A stretch of DNA of 64,000 bases from an archaeon (lineage in GTDB: Archaea; Nanobdellota; Nanobdellia; SCGC-AAA011-G17; GW2011-AR20), in contig JAZDEO010000028.1 in NCBI GenBank assembly GCA_043808705.1, forward strand, positions 2,703 to 66,702. The letters run 5' to 3'. A model generated the notes under the pieces. The model ran no database searches. It saw only the letters and a list, made by a program, of their open reading frames with translations, and had not been told where the DNA came from. Shown here in pieces: positions 55,903 through 64,000 of this stretch. The position numbers were made by a program, and so were the translations under genes. How positions within the stretch are numbered: position 1 is the first letter of the stretch; every line of letters begins with the position of its first letter.

Positions 55903-56857
55903 ATGATAAGCTATCCTAATTTAACTATACAATTATGTAACTATAATGGACTCAGAAATAAAATTAGAGGCAAAGGCAGATTAGAAATAACTATAGAGAG
56001 TTTATTAGAATGTTGTCCTTTTGTACCGGAAACGAATATCTTACTTATAGATAATGAGTCCAGTGATGGTTCTGATAAGTATTTATTTGCCCTATCTTTT
56101 GGGAATAAAATGTTTATACCACATATTTTTAAGGGGGGGTGGATGGGAATCAACAACAGTTAATAATATGGATGTCTTAAAAAAAACAGTACTTACAACA
56201 AAAACAGATTACATTTGGAGAATAGAAAACGATTCTTACTTTTATAATCATACTAATTTTGTTGAGAGAGCAATTGAAGTCCTAGAAGAAGATTCTGAAA
56301 TCTCAATAATTCATTTAAGAAGATGGACAAAATTAGATGCAAAAGATATGCCTGCAGTAGGAAGAAATATTAATAGGGTGGAACAGGTGAGAAAGTCTAG
56401 AAATGGATTTAATTATTATTTAATGCAACAATCAGAGCAAGAATATTTATGGATTCCTGTTATGAATGATTTAGGAAAAGATTTCATACCTGATGAAGAA
56501 GAAGGTTACGGAAAATGCCCTATAGGAAAAGATGTTATTGGAGCGATACGTGTAAATGAAAATGGAGAAATTGAAAGATTATTAAATGAACATTGGAATT
56601 CTTATACAAACCATGGATGGATAGCCAAAACAAAAGACTTACGATTTCTGATATCAAAATATAATCCAAACAATGAAAGAGAATTGTCTAAGATTTTTAA
56701 AAAACATTTTAGAGCGGGAAAAATAGATCAAGATGCTTTTGTTGCTTTTGGTTGGAGAACAAGAAACATAGGTTATCTTGAAGAGGAGGTTTTGGAGATA
56801 TTTGAGTGGGTTAAGAGAAACAATTATTCATCAATAAAGGATTACGGAAATCTCTAA
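55903..56857 (+). pseudogene. GT2 glycosyltransferase split by a frameshift at a G7 homopolymer (or phase-variable)
   Basis: The N-terminal ORF (55903-56163) has ILLIDNESSDGS, a GT2 DxD-region motif. The frame changes at AAGGGGGGGTGG (56135-56146). A second ORF covers 56054-56857. Confidence 0.5.
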
Positions 56858-57711
56858 CTGTTTAACCCTATAAAGTAATCATATCTAAAACTACCCGATT
56901 TAGTCTTTAAGTTAAACCAACCAGAATCTAATTTTTTAAAATTTTTTTCGTATTCCTTATAAATATGCCTATCCACGCTTATGAACACACCCCCTTTCTT
57001 TAAGTTTTGTTTTGTTAATTTTAATATTTTATCCAACTCGTATTCATTAAAATAATCTAAACTCATACTATTGTAGATGATTCTAAACTTTTTTTTAGAT
57101 TTAAAACTTAATAAATTCGCCTTTATAAATTTACATTTTGATAATACTTCCTTTTTTTTAGCAACGTTTAAACATTTAGATGATATGTCTATTAATACTA
57201 AATTTTTGTATCCTTTTTTAACTAGATGTTCACTTACTAACCCGGTTCCTGCACCTAATTCAAGAATCTCAGTTTCTTTTGATATGTTTAAGTCTTTTAA
57301 TTTATCTAAAATAAATTCAGCAATTTTTTTATTTTGTGGTACCATATCTTCGTAGTCTTCAGCAATTTCATCATAATAGTTTTCATAATCTTCTTTTGTA
57401 TTGTTTAAAGGAAAGAAATAATTTTCAAAATACCTTCTATACCAAAATGCTTCTTCATCTATTAAAATTTTAACAAATTGTACTTTTTTTGGTAAATCTT
57501 TAAATTTCAACCAAGATGGCCTTTTTTTAGATTCTTTATCATACTCAAAATTATACTCATTTTCTACATTTTCTGAAAAATACAACTTATCTAATTTAAT
57601 CATATTTGATAATATTATAACTTTCATTTTTATAAATCTTTCTTTACTGATTTGAATTAGATTATATTGAAAATTAAACATTTTTAAACATTTTTCAATG
57701 GTAAAATACAA
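56854..57711 (-). CDS. class I SAM-dependent methyltransferase
   Basis: ILELGAGTGLVSEHL motif I, LIDIS motif II. Confidence 0.7.
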   Translation of the reverse strand: MYFTIEKCLKMFNFQYNLIQISKERFIKMKVIILSNMIKLDKLYFSENVENEYNFEYDKESKKRPSWLKFKDLPKKVQFVKILIDEEAFWYRRYFENYFFPLNNTKEDYENYYDEIAEDYEDMVPQNKKIAEFILDKLKDLNISKETEILELGAGTGLVSEHLVKKGYKNLVLIDISSKCLNVAKKKEVLSKCKFIKANLLSFKSKKKFRIIYNSMSLDYFNEYELDKILKLTKQNLKKGGVFISVDRHIYKEYEKNFKKLDSGWFNLKTKSGSFRYDYFIGLNS

Positions 57712-57748
57712 AGAAAAGTTTTAAATATCCAGATTAGATAATAATTAT

Positions 57749-58285
57749 ATGCCATCTGATATTAAAACAGCAGTAGACTCTTTAATAGATCTTTTGAAGA
57801 AGAAAAAAAGGATTTCTTTAGATGATGCAAGCAGGGAATTAAAAATACCTACAAATATAATAAATGAATGGGCTTCCTTCTTAGAAGAGGAAAAGATATT
57901 GAAAGTAGAATATAAGTTTACTACCCCTTATCTTATCTATAATGATACCTATAGTGGAAGATCAGAACAAAGAAATCAGGAAATGAGGGATGTTAAAAAA
58001 GATTCCAGCATAGATATTATTAAGAAAAGATTAGAAGGCATACTTGCTTTTGTTAGAAGACAGGAAATCAAACATAAATGTGAAATCAAGGAATTGGCTG
58101 ATATCAACAGGATATTAAGTGATGGCAAAGATAAAGATGATGTGTTGTATGCTCAAAAAAAGTACTTAGAATATGAATTAACAAAGTTAATAAATGAAAT
58201 AAGAAACATAAAAGACAGGGAAAAGATAGAAAGAGATGTAAGAAAGGTTTTGATACATTACGAAACATTTAGGAAAAAATTATAA
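57749..58285 (+). CDS. hypothetical protein preceding pilus ATPase (possible wHTH)
   Basis: ORF; charged helical. Confidence 0.3.
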   Translation: MPSDIKTAVDSLIDLLKKKKRISLDDASRELKIPTNIINEWASFLEEEKILKVEYKFTTPYLIYNDTYSGRSEQRNQEMRDVKKDSSIDIIKKRLEGILAFVRRQEIKHKCEIKELADINRILSDGKDKDDVLYAQKKYLEYELTKLINEIRNIKDREKIERDVRKVLIHYETFRKKL

Positions 58286-58335
58286 TCCATAAAAATCAGT
58301 TTATAAAAAAGATTAGTTTATAAAAAAGAGGTAGG

Positions 58336-59796
58336 ATGATAAAGGAAAATTATAGTTTTTATTCAGATAATATCCCAATAAATATTACTGTTGAAAGTGA
58401 TAAGAATGAATTTGTTCTACTCTATAAAGTAAGCATATCTAAGATAAGCGAGAATACTGAAATTGTTCTTGACAAGATTAGGGATGAGCTAGTTAATAGA
58501 GTAAGCTTAGGAATATCTGAGATATCTGATCCTAAGAAGATGGAGTATGTAAAGAAGAGATTTAGAGAAACCATTGTTTATTTATTGAATAAATATTTTC
58601 CTGACATAAGCGATGATACAAGAGATTTTTTTACAACATACTTAATGCAGAAGAGCTTTGGATTAGGTAAAATTGAAATATTATTGAGTGATAAATTTCT
58701 AGAGGATATAGTCATTAATAATGCAGATGAGCCTGTATGGGTATATCATCATGTTCTTGGATGGTTAAAAACAAACATACTATTAAAGGATGAGGGAATT
58801 ATAAAACATTATTCTAGCTTAATTGGAAGAAAGGTTGGAAGAAGCATTACATTATTAAGGCCTTTATTAGATGCACATCTTGAATCTGGAGACAGAGTAA
58901 ACGCAACATTATTTCCTATAACGACTAAGGGGAATACAATATCAATAAGAAAATTCTCATCCAAGCCAATAACTATAACAAATCTATTGATGACTAAAGT
59001 AATATCATTATCTGCAGCGTCTTTGATATGGACTTGTGTTCAGTATGAACTTTCTGGCCTTATTGCAGGTGGTACTGGCTCAGGAAAAACTACTTTCTTA
59101 GGAGCCATAGCTAATTTTATTCCTCCTAATCAGAGAATAATAAGCATAGAGGATACTAGAGAAATTCAACTTTCTAAACATTTACATTGGGTGCCTATGG
59201 TTACGAGAGAACCAAATACAGAGGGAAAAGGGGAAGTAAGCATGTTAGATTTAGTAGTTAACAGCTTAAGAATGAGACCAGATAGGATAATTGTTGGAGA
59301 GATCAGAAAGAAGAGAGAGGCTGATATATTATTTGAGGCTATGCATACAGGCCATAGTGTATATGCAACATTACATGCCAATGATACTGAAGAAACATTG
59401 AACAGATTGATGAATCCTCCTATTGACATTCCTAAATCATTACTTCCTGCTGTTTCTATGTTATGCATAATGTACAGAAATAGAAGAACAGGTATAAGAA
59501 GAATATTTCAATTTACGGAAATTTTAAGAGATTCAAGAGCAAATGTTTTGTTACAACTTGATTTAAAAGAGGATAAGTTATTGACTGTTTCTAGGTCTGT
59601 TAGGATGCTTCCCGAACTGGAGATACAGACGGGATTAAATCAACAAGAGATAAATGAAAGCTTAAAAGAAAAGAGTTTAGTATTAAAATGGCTCGCTAAA
59701 AAAGGTATTAGCGATGTAAATGACGTTGGTAAGGTTATTGCAACATACTATACGAATAAAGAAGGACTGATGAAGTTTATGGTTAAGAATGTATGA
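58336..59796 (+). CDS. type II/IV secretion-system ATPase (archaeal pilus/archaellum FlaI/PilB-like)
   Basis: Walker A GGTGSGKTTFLGA, IEDTREIQL Asp-box, His-box region. Confidence 0.8.
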   Translation: MIKENYSFYSDNIPINITVESDKNEFVLLYKVSISKISENTEIVLDKIRDELVNRVSLGISEISDPKKMEYVKKRFRETIVYLLNKYFPDISDDTRDFFTTYLMQKSFGLGKIEILLSDKFLEDIVINNADEPVWVYHHVLGWLKTNILLKDEGIIKHYSSLIGRKVGRSITLLRPLLDAHLESGDRVNATLFPITTKGNTISIRKFSSKPITITNLLMTKVISLSAASLIWTCVQYELSGLIAGGTGSGKTTFLGAIANFIPPNQRIISIEDTREIQLSKHLHWVPMVTREPNTEGKGEVSMLDLVVNSLRMRPDRIIVGEIRKKREADILFEAMHTGHSVYATLHANDTEETLNRLMNPPIDIPKSLLPAVSMLCIMYRNRRTGIRRIFQFTEILRDSRANVLLQLDLKEDKLLTVSRSVRMLPELEIQTGLNQQEINESLKEKSLVLKWLAKKGISDVNDVGKVIATYYTNKEGLMKFMVKNV

Positions 59797-60589
59797 GGTT
59801 ATTGCTCAAAGGATTCCTGGATTAAAGAATGATTTAATACAGGCTGGTATAAAAACAAAGCCTGAAGAGTTTGTAAAGAAAACATTATTGTCTACTGTTA
59901 TTGTAACACTAACATTACTTCTTTGCGGGTTAATGATATTACTAAAGTTAAAAAAAAGTCTTGCCTTTCTGATATTAATCATTCCTTTATTTTTTATTGT
60001 CTTTAGCATATTAATAAGATCCCCTAAGTCAAAAATCAGAGGAAAGATTAATGATGTTGACAGAGAAATAGTTTATGCTGGAAGGTTTTTATTAATAGAA
60101 TTAAGTGCCGGCATTCCTTTGTATGATGCTATGATTAATGTTTCTAAAAATTTTAAGTATATAGGTAAAAGTTTTAAGGATATTATTGATCGAGTAGAAA
60201 TTGGAAAACCCATTGATGTTGCTTTAGCTGAGGTTGTTGAGATAACACCCTCTGATAATTTTAGAAAATTAAGCTGGCAGATAATGAGTTCTATGCAGAC
60301 TGGAGGAGACATTAGTGTTGCTATTTCTCAAATTGTGGAACAAATCTCTAGGGAACAAATGATAAATCTTAAGCAGTATAACAAAAGACTGAATCCATTA
60401 GTAATGTTCTATTTGATGATTGCTGTTATTATTCCATCTTTAGGGATAGCTATGTTATCATTACTTTCAACTTTTTTAGGATTTACTTTAAGTTTTGGAT
60501 CATTAATTGGAATAGCTGTCTTTGTTGCAATAACACAACTATTCTTTTTAACAATGGTTAAGGCCTCAAGGCCAGGAATAGCATTATGA
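59789..60589 (+). CDS. TadB-like membrane platform protein (T2SSF domain)
   Basis: T2SSF-like …ELSAGIPLYDAMINV…. Confidence 0.55.
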   Translation: MYEVIAQRIPGLKNDLIQAGIKTKPEEFVKKTLLSTVIVTLTLLLCGLMILLKLKKSLAFLILIIPLFFIVFSILIRSPKSKIRGKINDVDREIVYAGRFLLIELSAGIPLYDAMINVSKNFKYIGKSFKDIIDRVEIGKPIDVALAEVVEITPSDNFRKLSWQIMSSMQTGGDISVAISQIVEQISREQMINLKQYNKRLNPLVMFYLMIAVIIPSLGIAMLSLLSTFLGFTLSFGSLIGIAVFVAITQLFFLTMVKASRPGIAL

Positions 60590-61596
60590 ACAGAGTAGAG
60601 AGATTCTTTTTAACAAGTAGTATCTTGGATATGCTAGAGGGTAATCTAAAGAATGCTGGTATTAAAAAGGAATTACATTATATAATTGTAAGATTGCTTG
60701 TTACAAATTTTGTATTAAGCGTATTTGTTATGTTTTTATTCTTCAAAAGCATTTCAGAATATTCAGGTATTGAATTATTTATATCTTTAATAAGTTATTA
60801 TATCATATCCTTCTTTTTGTCTTTTACTATATTGATTATTCTTTTCTTTATGTATCTAAGTATAAGAAAGTATAACAGAAAGAAAGAGATTGAAAATGTA
60901 CTTCCTGATTATTTACAACTTGTAGCAACAAATATAGGAAGCGGTATGACTATTGATCAAGCTTTGTGGTATGCTGTAAGAAGTAGATTTGGAATTCTTG
61001 CTTTTGAAATGGAGCTTGTTGCTAAAAAGATTATGGGGGGTTCTGAATTAAGAGAGGCATTGCTTGATTTTAGTGATAGATACGATTCCGATATGTTAAA
61101 GAAGTCTATGGTTCTTCTTGTAGAGGGTTTAGAGGCAGGAGGAGAGATAGCTGATTTAATATCAAAAATAGCATGGAACATTAAAGAGACACAAATAATG
61201 AGAAAAGAGGTTAGTGCTGATGTTACAACTTATGTAATATTTATTACCTTTGCTGCTGTTGTTGCTGCTCCTTTGTTATTTGCACTTTCTCATAGAATTG
61301 TTATAGTTATGTCAGAAGTAACCAGTAAAATGGATTTTAGTAATGTTGCTAGTGTTGGAACTAAGTTACCTATTCAAAACATTGGAAAGGGCTTAAATCC
61401 TAGTGAATTTAAGAAGTTTGCATTTATTTGTTTAAGTATAACTGGTTTATTTTCTGCTATGATAATAAGCTCTGTAAGAAAGGGTAATGTTAAAGAAGGT
61501 GTTAGATTAATACCTATATTTATAGGGATATCACTTTTATTATTTTTAGTATTTTCATCTATACTTAGTTATTTCTTCGGGGGTATAGGATTATAA
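60586..61596 (+). CDS. TadC/FlaJ-like membrane platform protein (T2SSF domain)
   Basis: T2SSF-like …GMTIDQALWYAV…LVEGLEAGGEI…. Confidence 0.55.
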   Translation: MNRVERFFLTSSILDMLEGNLKNAGIKKELHYIIVRLLVTNFVLSVFVMFLFFKSISEYSGIELFISLISYYIISFFLSFTILIILFFMYLSIRKYNRKKEIENVLPDYLQLVATNIGSGMTIDQALWYAVRSRFGILAFEMELVAKKIMGGSELREALLDFSDRYDSDMLKKSMVLLVEGLEAGGEIADLISKIAWNIKETQIMRKEVSADVTTYVIFITFAAVVAAPLLFALSHRIVIVMSEVTSKMDFSNVASVGTKLPIQNIGKGLNPSEFKKFAFICLSITGLFSAMIISSVRKGNVKEGVRLIPIFIGISLLLFLVFSSILSYFFGGIGL

Positions 61597-61841
61597 ATTA
61601 AATAGTTAAAAATTAACTTAATTAAATGTCTTTAAGAGATATAGTAAAGTTTTTATATACTTAGTATTTATAAAGTTTTGATTATTATGGCAGACCAAAT
61701 AAGAATGCCATCTGGTATGGGTGGATTAGTAAGGTATTTTGATGATTATAAGAGTAAGATAGAGATAAGACCTGAAATAATTCTAATTTTAATAGCATTA
61801 GTTGTTGTAATAGAATATCTTTTACATCATCTTTAGGTTTT

Positions 61842-62177
61842 TTGAAAATGTTCCCTGGAATGAATCAAGCAATGATGAAACAAGCTATGAAGAAGATGGG
61901 AATAAAACAGGAAGAGTTAGATGCTAACGAAGTCATTATAAAGCTTAAGGATAAAAACTTAGTTATAAAAAATCCTTCTGTAACTAAGATTAATATGCAG
62001 GGCCAGGAATCTTTCCAAATAACAGGAGATGTTGAAGAAAAAGAGAGTGTTAATGAAGAAGACATAAAGACAGTTATTGAACAAACAAGATGTAATAGAA
62101 AAGAAGCTATTGATGCCTTAAAAAAATATGATGACATTGCTGAAGCTATAATTTCTCTAAGCTTTGCACATAAATAA
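61842..62177 (+). CDS. nac: nascent polypeptide-associated complex protein (NAC alpha) with UBA tail
   Basis: NAC domain (…VIIKLKDKNLVIKNPSVTKINMQGQESFQITG…) and C-terminal UBA-like …EAIDALKKYDDIAEAI. Confidence 0.8.
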   Translation: MKMFPGMNQAMMKQAMKKMGIKQEELDANEVIIKLKDKNLVIKNPSVTKINMQGQESFQITGDVEEKESVNEEDIKTVIEQTRCNRKEAIDALKKYDDIAEAIISLSFAHK

Positions 62178-62181
62178 GTAA

Positions 62182-62886
62182 TCACAGATTATTAAATGTG
62201 CTTACTGCTTCACGAGGAGCAGTTTTAGGGCTAAAAGCCATAGCCCCGTCAGAAGATACAAGCTCTTCTGACCTATTTAATATATTTATACAAGCATTCC
62301 AATCAGCATCAAATGAAGTTCTACAATAAGAACATTGAAAAACACTTTGTTTATTTCTGATTCCAATAGAGCCACATCTATGACACAGTCTAGATGTTCC
62401 TCTCTCATCAATCTTAATTACTTTAATACCTTTCATTTGAGCCTTATACATGATCATTTGAGTAAGTCTATAATAAGGCATATTACTTACAATTCTATTA
62501 AATCTCTTACCTTTGCTATTATTCCTTATTCCTTTCAAATTTCCAACAACAATACAAGATTCATCTTCAATAGATTTTTTAATAATAGAATTACTAATTT
62601 TATGTAAGATCCCATTAATAATATTCTTCTCTTTATTTCCAATTAAGTTAATTTTGTCAATAAGCTTTTTATTTCCAAGTTTTTTACGAAGATAAGCATA
62701 ATGTCTTCTTATGCCTCTGACTTCTTTTCCAAGAAAAATAGGTTTTTTATCCTTGCTGCTTACAACAGTAGCAATCCTCTTTTCTCCAAAATCAACAGCT
62801 AGAATATTTTTATATTTCTTGACAGGAACATCAGGAATTTCAAAAAGAAGTCTAACTTCATAATTTCCTTTATTATTCTGAAGCAA
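62182..62886 (-). pseudogene. tnpB: IS200/IS605-family TnpB (OrfB) remnant: RuvC+zinc-finger C-terminal half only
   Basis: ILAVDFGEKRIA (RuvC-I), CHRCGS…CSYCRTSFDADWNACINI (ZnF + RuvC-III). The N-terminal ~170 aa are missing. The position where RuvC-II Glu is expected reads VVGNLKG. Confidence 0.65.
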
Positions 62887-63233
62887 AAAACTATCACAGA
62901 GTTTGGAATTTTCTGGAATGGATTGTTTAGTTTTAATTCCAATCCAAATGCCTCCTCTCTTAATTTTGCTCCTAAATCTTAACCAGTAAGGAGCAACGGT
63001 ATTTTTAGGTTTATTCTCAATTTTAGTAAGTTGAGACCATAATGTAAGAGGATATTCTTTATATCAGTTAAAGCAAGAACACTCAGTTTTTAAAAACTGA
63101 GATGAATTGCGTAAACTATTTCTTCTAGAACTAAAATAAAAGTAGCGTAGCATTGACGCTATGCTACTTGAAACTCACGCTTAGCATGAGCTATATTTTC
63201 TGAGAATAAAAACTTTGCGTCAGGAGCTAAAAA

Positions 63234-63713
63234 ATGAAAAACGAACTAGTCAGAACAACATCAACAGTTGGAGAAAGCAATCTGCACCTGCAGATTACTC
63301 CAGCATACAGAAGAGATATATTTGTTGATAGAGAAGTCTTTGAATTAACAAAGAAATACATACTAGAAAAATCAGAAAGACTAGGTCTTATAATTTCTGC
63401 CATGGATTTAGGACCTAATCATGGCCACGTGTTTATTAGCAATTGGAAAAAACACAGCATAGAAAAAATAGCTAAAGAGCTGAAAGGTTATTCATCATAT
63501 ATGATGAGAAAAAATCATATGGATTTGATCAAGAATAAATTATGGGGCAAGAAGTTCTGGAGCGAGGGTTATTTTTATAGAACTGTTGGTGCTGTAACCA
63601 AAGATTCTATGCAGTTCTACATCGAACATAGCCAGAAGAAACATTGGAAAGCAGTTGATTATCAATATTACAAGTATGAAAAAGAACAGTTAAGATTGAA
63701 CAGTTTTACTTAA
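63234..63713 (+). CDS. tnpA: IS200-type Y1 (HUH) transposase TnpA
   Basis: LHLQITPAYRRDIF, NHGHVFIS (HuH), KGYSSYMMRK, FWSEGYFYRTVG (catalytic Tyr) blocks align with IS608 TnpA. Confidence 0.8.
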   Translation: MKNELVRTTSTVGESNLHLQITPAYRRDIFVDREVFELTKKYILEKSERLGLIISAMDLGPNHGHVFISNWKKHSIEKIAKELKGYSSYMMRKNHMDLIKNKLWGKKFWSEGYFYRTVGAVTKDSMQFYIEHSQKKHWKAVDYQYYKYEKEQLRLNSFT

Positions 63714-63913
63714 TGACGCTCGGGCACTTTAGTGCCGAGTAGTTCACATTTAATGTTTTTAAATTCCCAATTTTTAGCAGTTTTATAAGAAGAATATATT
63801 CCTTCATCAATGCCAAAAATCATCCATTTCTGAAATCCATTATACTCAAAATCAATTATATTTCTCTTAAAATTAGTTAACCCAATAATGCCACCACAAA
63901 CAGTAATTTTCAT
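63710..63913 (-). CDS. hypothetical 67-aa ORF, possibly the N-terminal fragment of a gene disrupted by the IS200/605 insertion
   Basis: Begins MKITVCGGIIGL… (Rossmann-like N-terminus), has its own conserved promoter module, and ends inside the IS hairpin region. Confidence 0.25.
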   Translation of the reverse strand: MKITVCGGIIGLTNFKRNIIDFEYNGFQKWMIFGIDEGIYSSYKTAKNWEFKNIKCELLGTKVPERH

Positions 63914-63921
63914 ACATTATA

Positions 63922-63976
63922 TAAGACTTTTTCATTTATAAAGATGGGGGGGCGGAGTTGTCCAGCTGTCCCATAT
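63922..63976 (-). promoter_or_regulatory. Conserved promoter module copy 2 (identical G-rich box + TATA-like box) upstream of the 63710-63913 ORF
   Basis: 42/42 nt identical to 4823-4865 on my reading; the TATA-like box TTTATAAA lies ~25 nt upstream of the ATG. Confidence 0.6.
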
Positions 63977-64000
63977 ACTAGAAAATATATGTTAAAATAT

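Larger units (their letters stand above)
62182..63750. mobile_element. Decayed IS200/IS605-type element (tnpA intact, tnpB truncated) with subterminal hairpins
   Basis: Divergent tnpA/tnpB. Imperfect palindromes at 63148-63172 (GTAGCGTAGCATTGACGCTATGCTAC) and 63717-63740 (GCTCGGGCACTTTAGTGCCGAG). Confidence 0.6.

Noticed and set aside
22538-60312. Further antisense ORFs within long genes. They lie inside pfk, metG, the AAA+ genes, the Cys-rich gene, the ABC genes and the pilus genes.
   Set aside because: They are embedded in the opposite strand of genes with clear homology and have no start context of their own.
1-64000. CRISPR arrays, rRNA genes, tRNA genes
   Set aside because: No regularly spaced direct repeats and no rRNA-like conserved blocks. 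No cloverleaf-compatible GC-rich 70-90-nt segments were seen by eye. An automated tRNAscan/Infernal run would be needed to exclude intron-containing tRNAs.

Overview
The window is AT-rich and looks like a small archaeal genome of DPANN/nano-sized type. It has archaeal ribosomal-protein and RNA-polymerase genes, the exosome/proteasome superoperon, a class-III signal peptide pilus system and leaderless promoters. The first ~17 kb is conserved core. It holds the rps7-rps12-nusA-rpl30e block, rpoN-rps9-rpl13-rpl18e-rpoD-rps11-rps4-rps13, rpl21e-rpoF-DUF655, and the Pop5-psmA-SBDS-rrp4-rrp41-rrp42(-rpoK) superoperon. Two large HTH-containing genes are inserted into the core operon. One carries LAGLIDADG-like motifs. 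Both share a conserved upstream motif, and a third copy of that motif lies near 63.9 kb. The middle (17-30 kb) has an intact IS with 16-bp terminal inverted repeats and a 9-bp target duplication. The same stretch also holds enolase, pfk, metG, rps2 and pilin-like and secreted proteins. The region from 30 to 47 kb is a mosaic accessory island of recombined cassettes. It contains three AAA+(DUF4143) ATPases, three secreted HExxH metalloproteases, two HEPN/MNT toxin-antitoxin modules, VapBC, a DUF2283 protein and a duplicated unknown gene. Three repeat families (A/B/C) and reused promoter modules stitch it together. The most interesting candidate is a compact three-gene operon at 44.4-46.2 kb on the minus strand. 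It encodes a 62-aa peptide with a strong ribosome-binding site, then an MdnC/MvdD-type ATP-grasp ligase, then a Tiki/TraB/ChaN-like putative peptidase. This looks like a graspetide RiPP cluster in an archaeal background. The 47-52 kb stretch holds cysteine-rich beta-helix surface proteins. After that come an ABC-2 transporter, an aldo/keto reductase, a frameshifted GT2 at a G7 tract, a SAM methyltransferase, a type-IV-pilus ATPase plus split TadB/C, NAC-alpha, and a decayed IS200/IS605 (intact TnpA, truncated TnpB). All calls rest on reading the sequence and recalling family motifs. No database searches were run.
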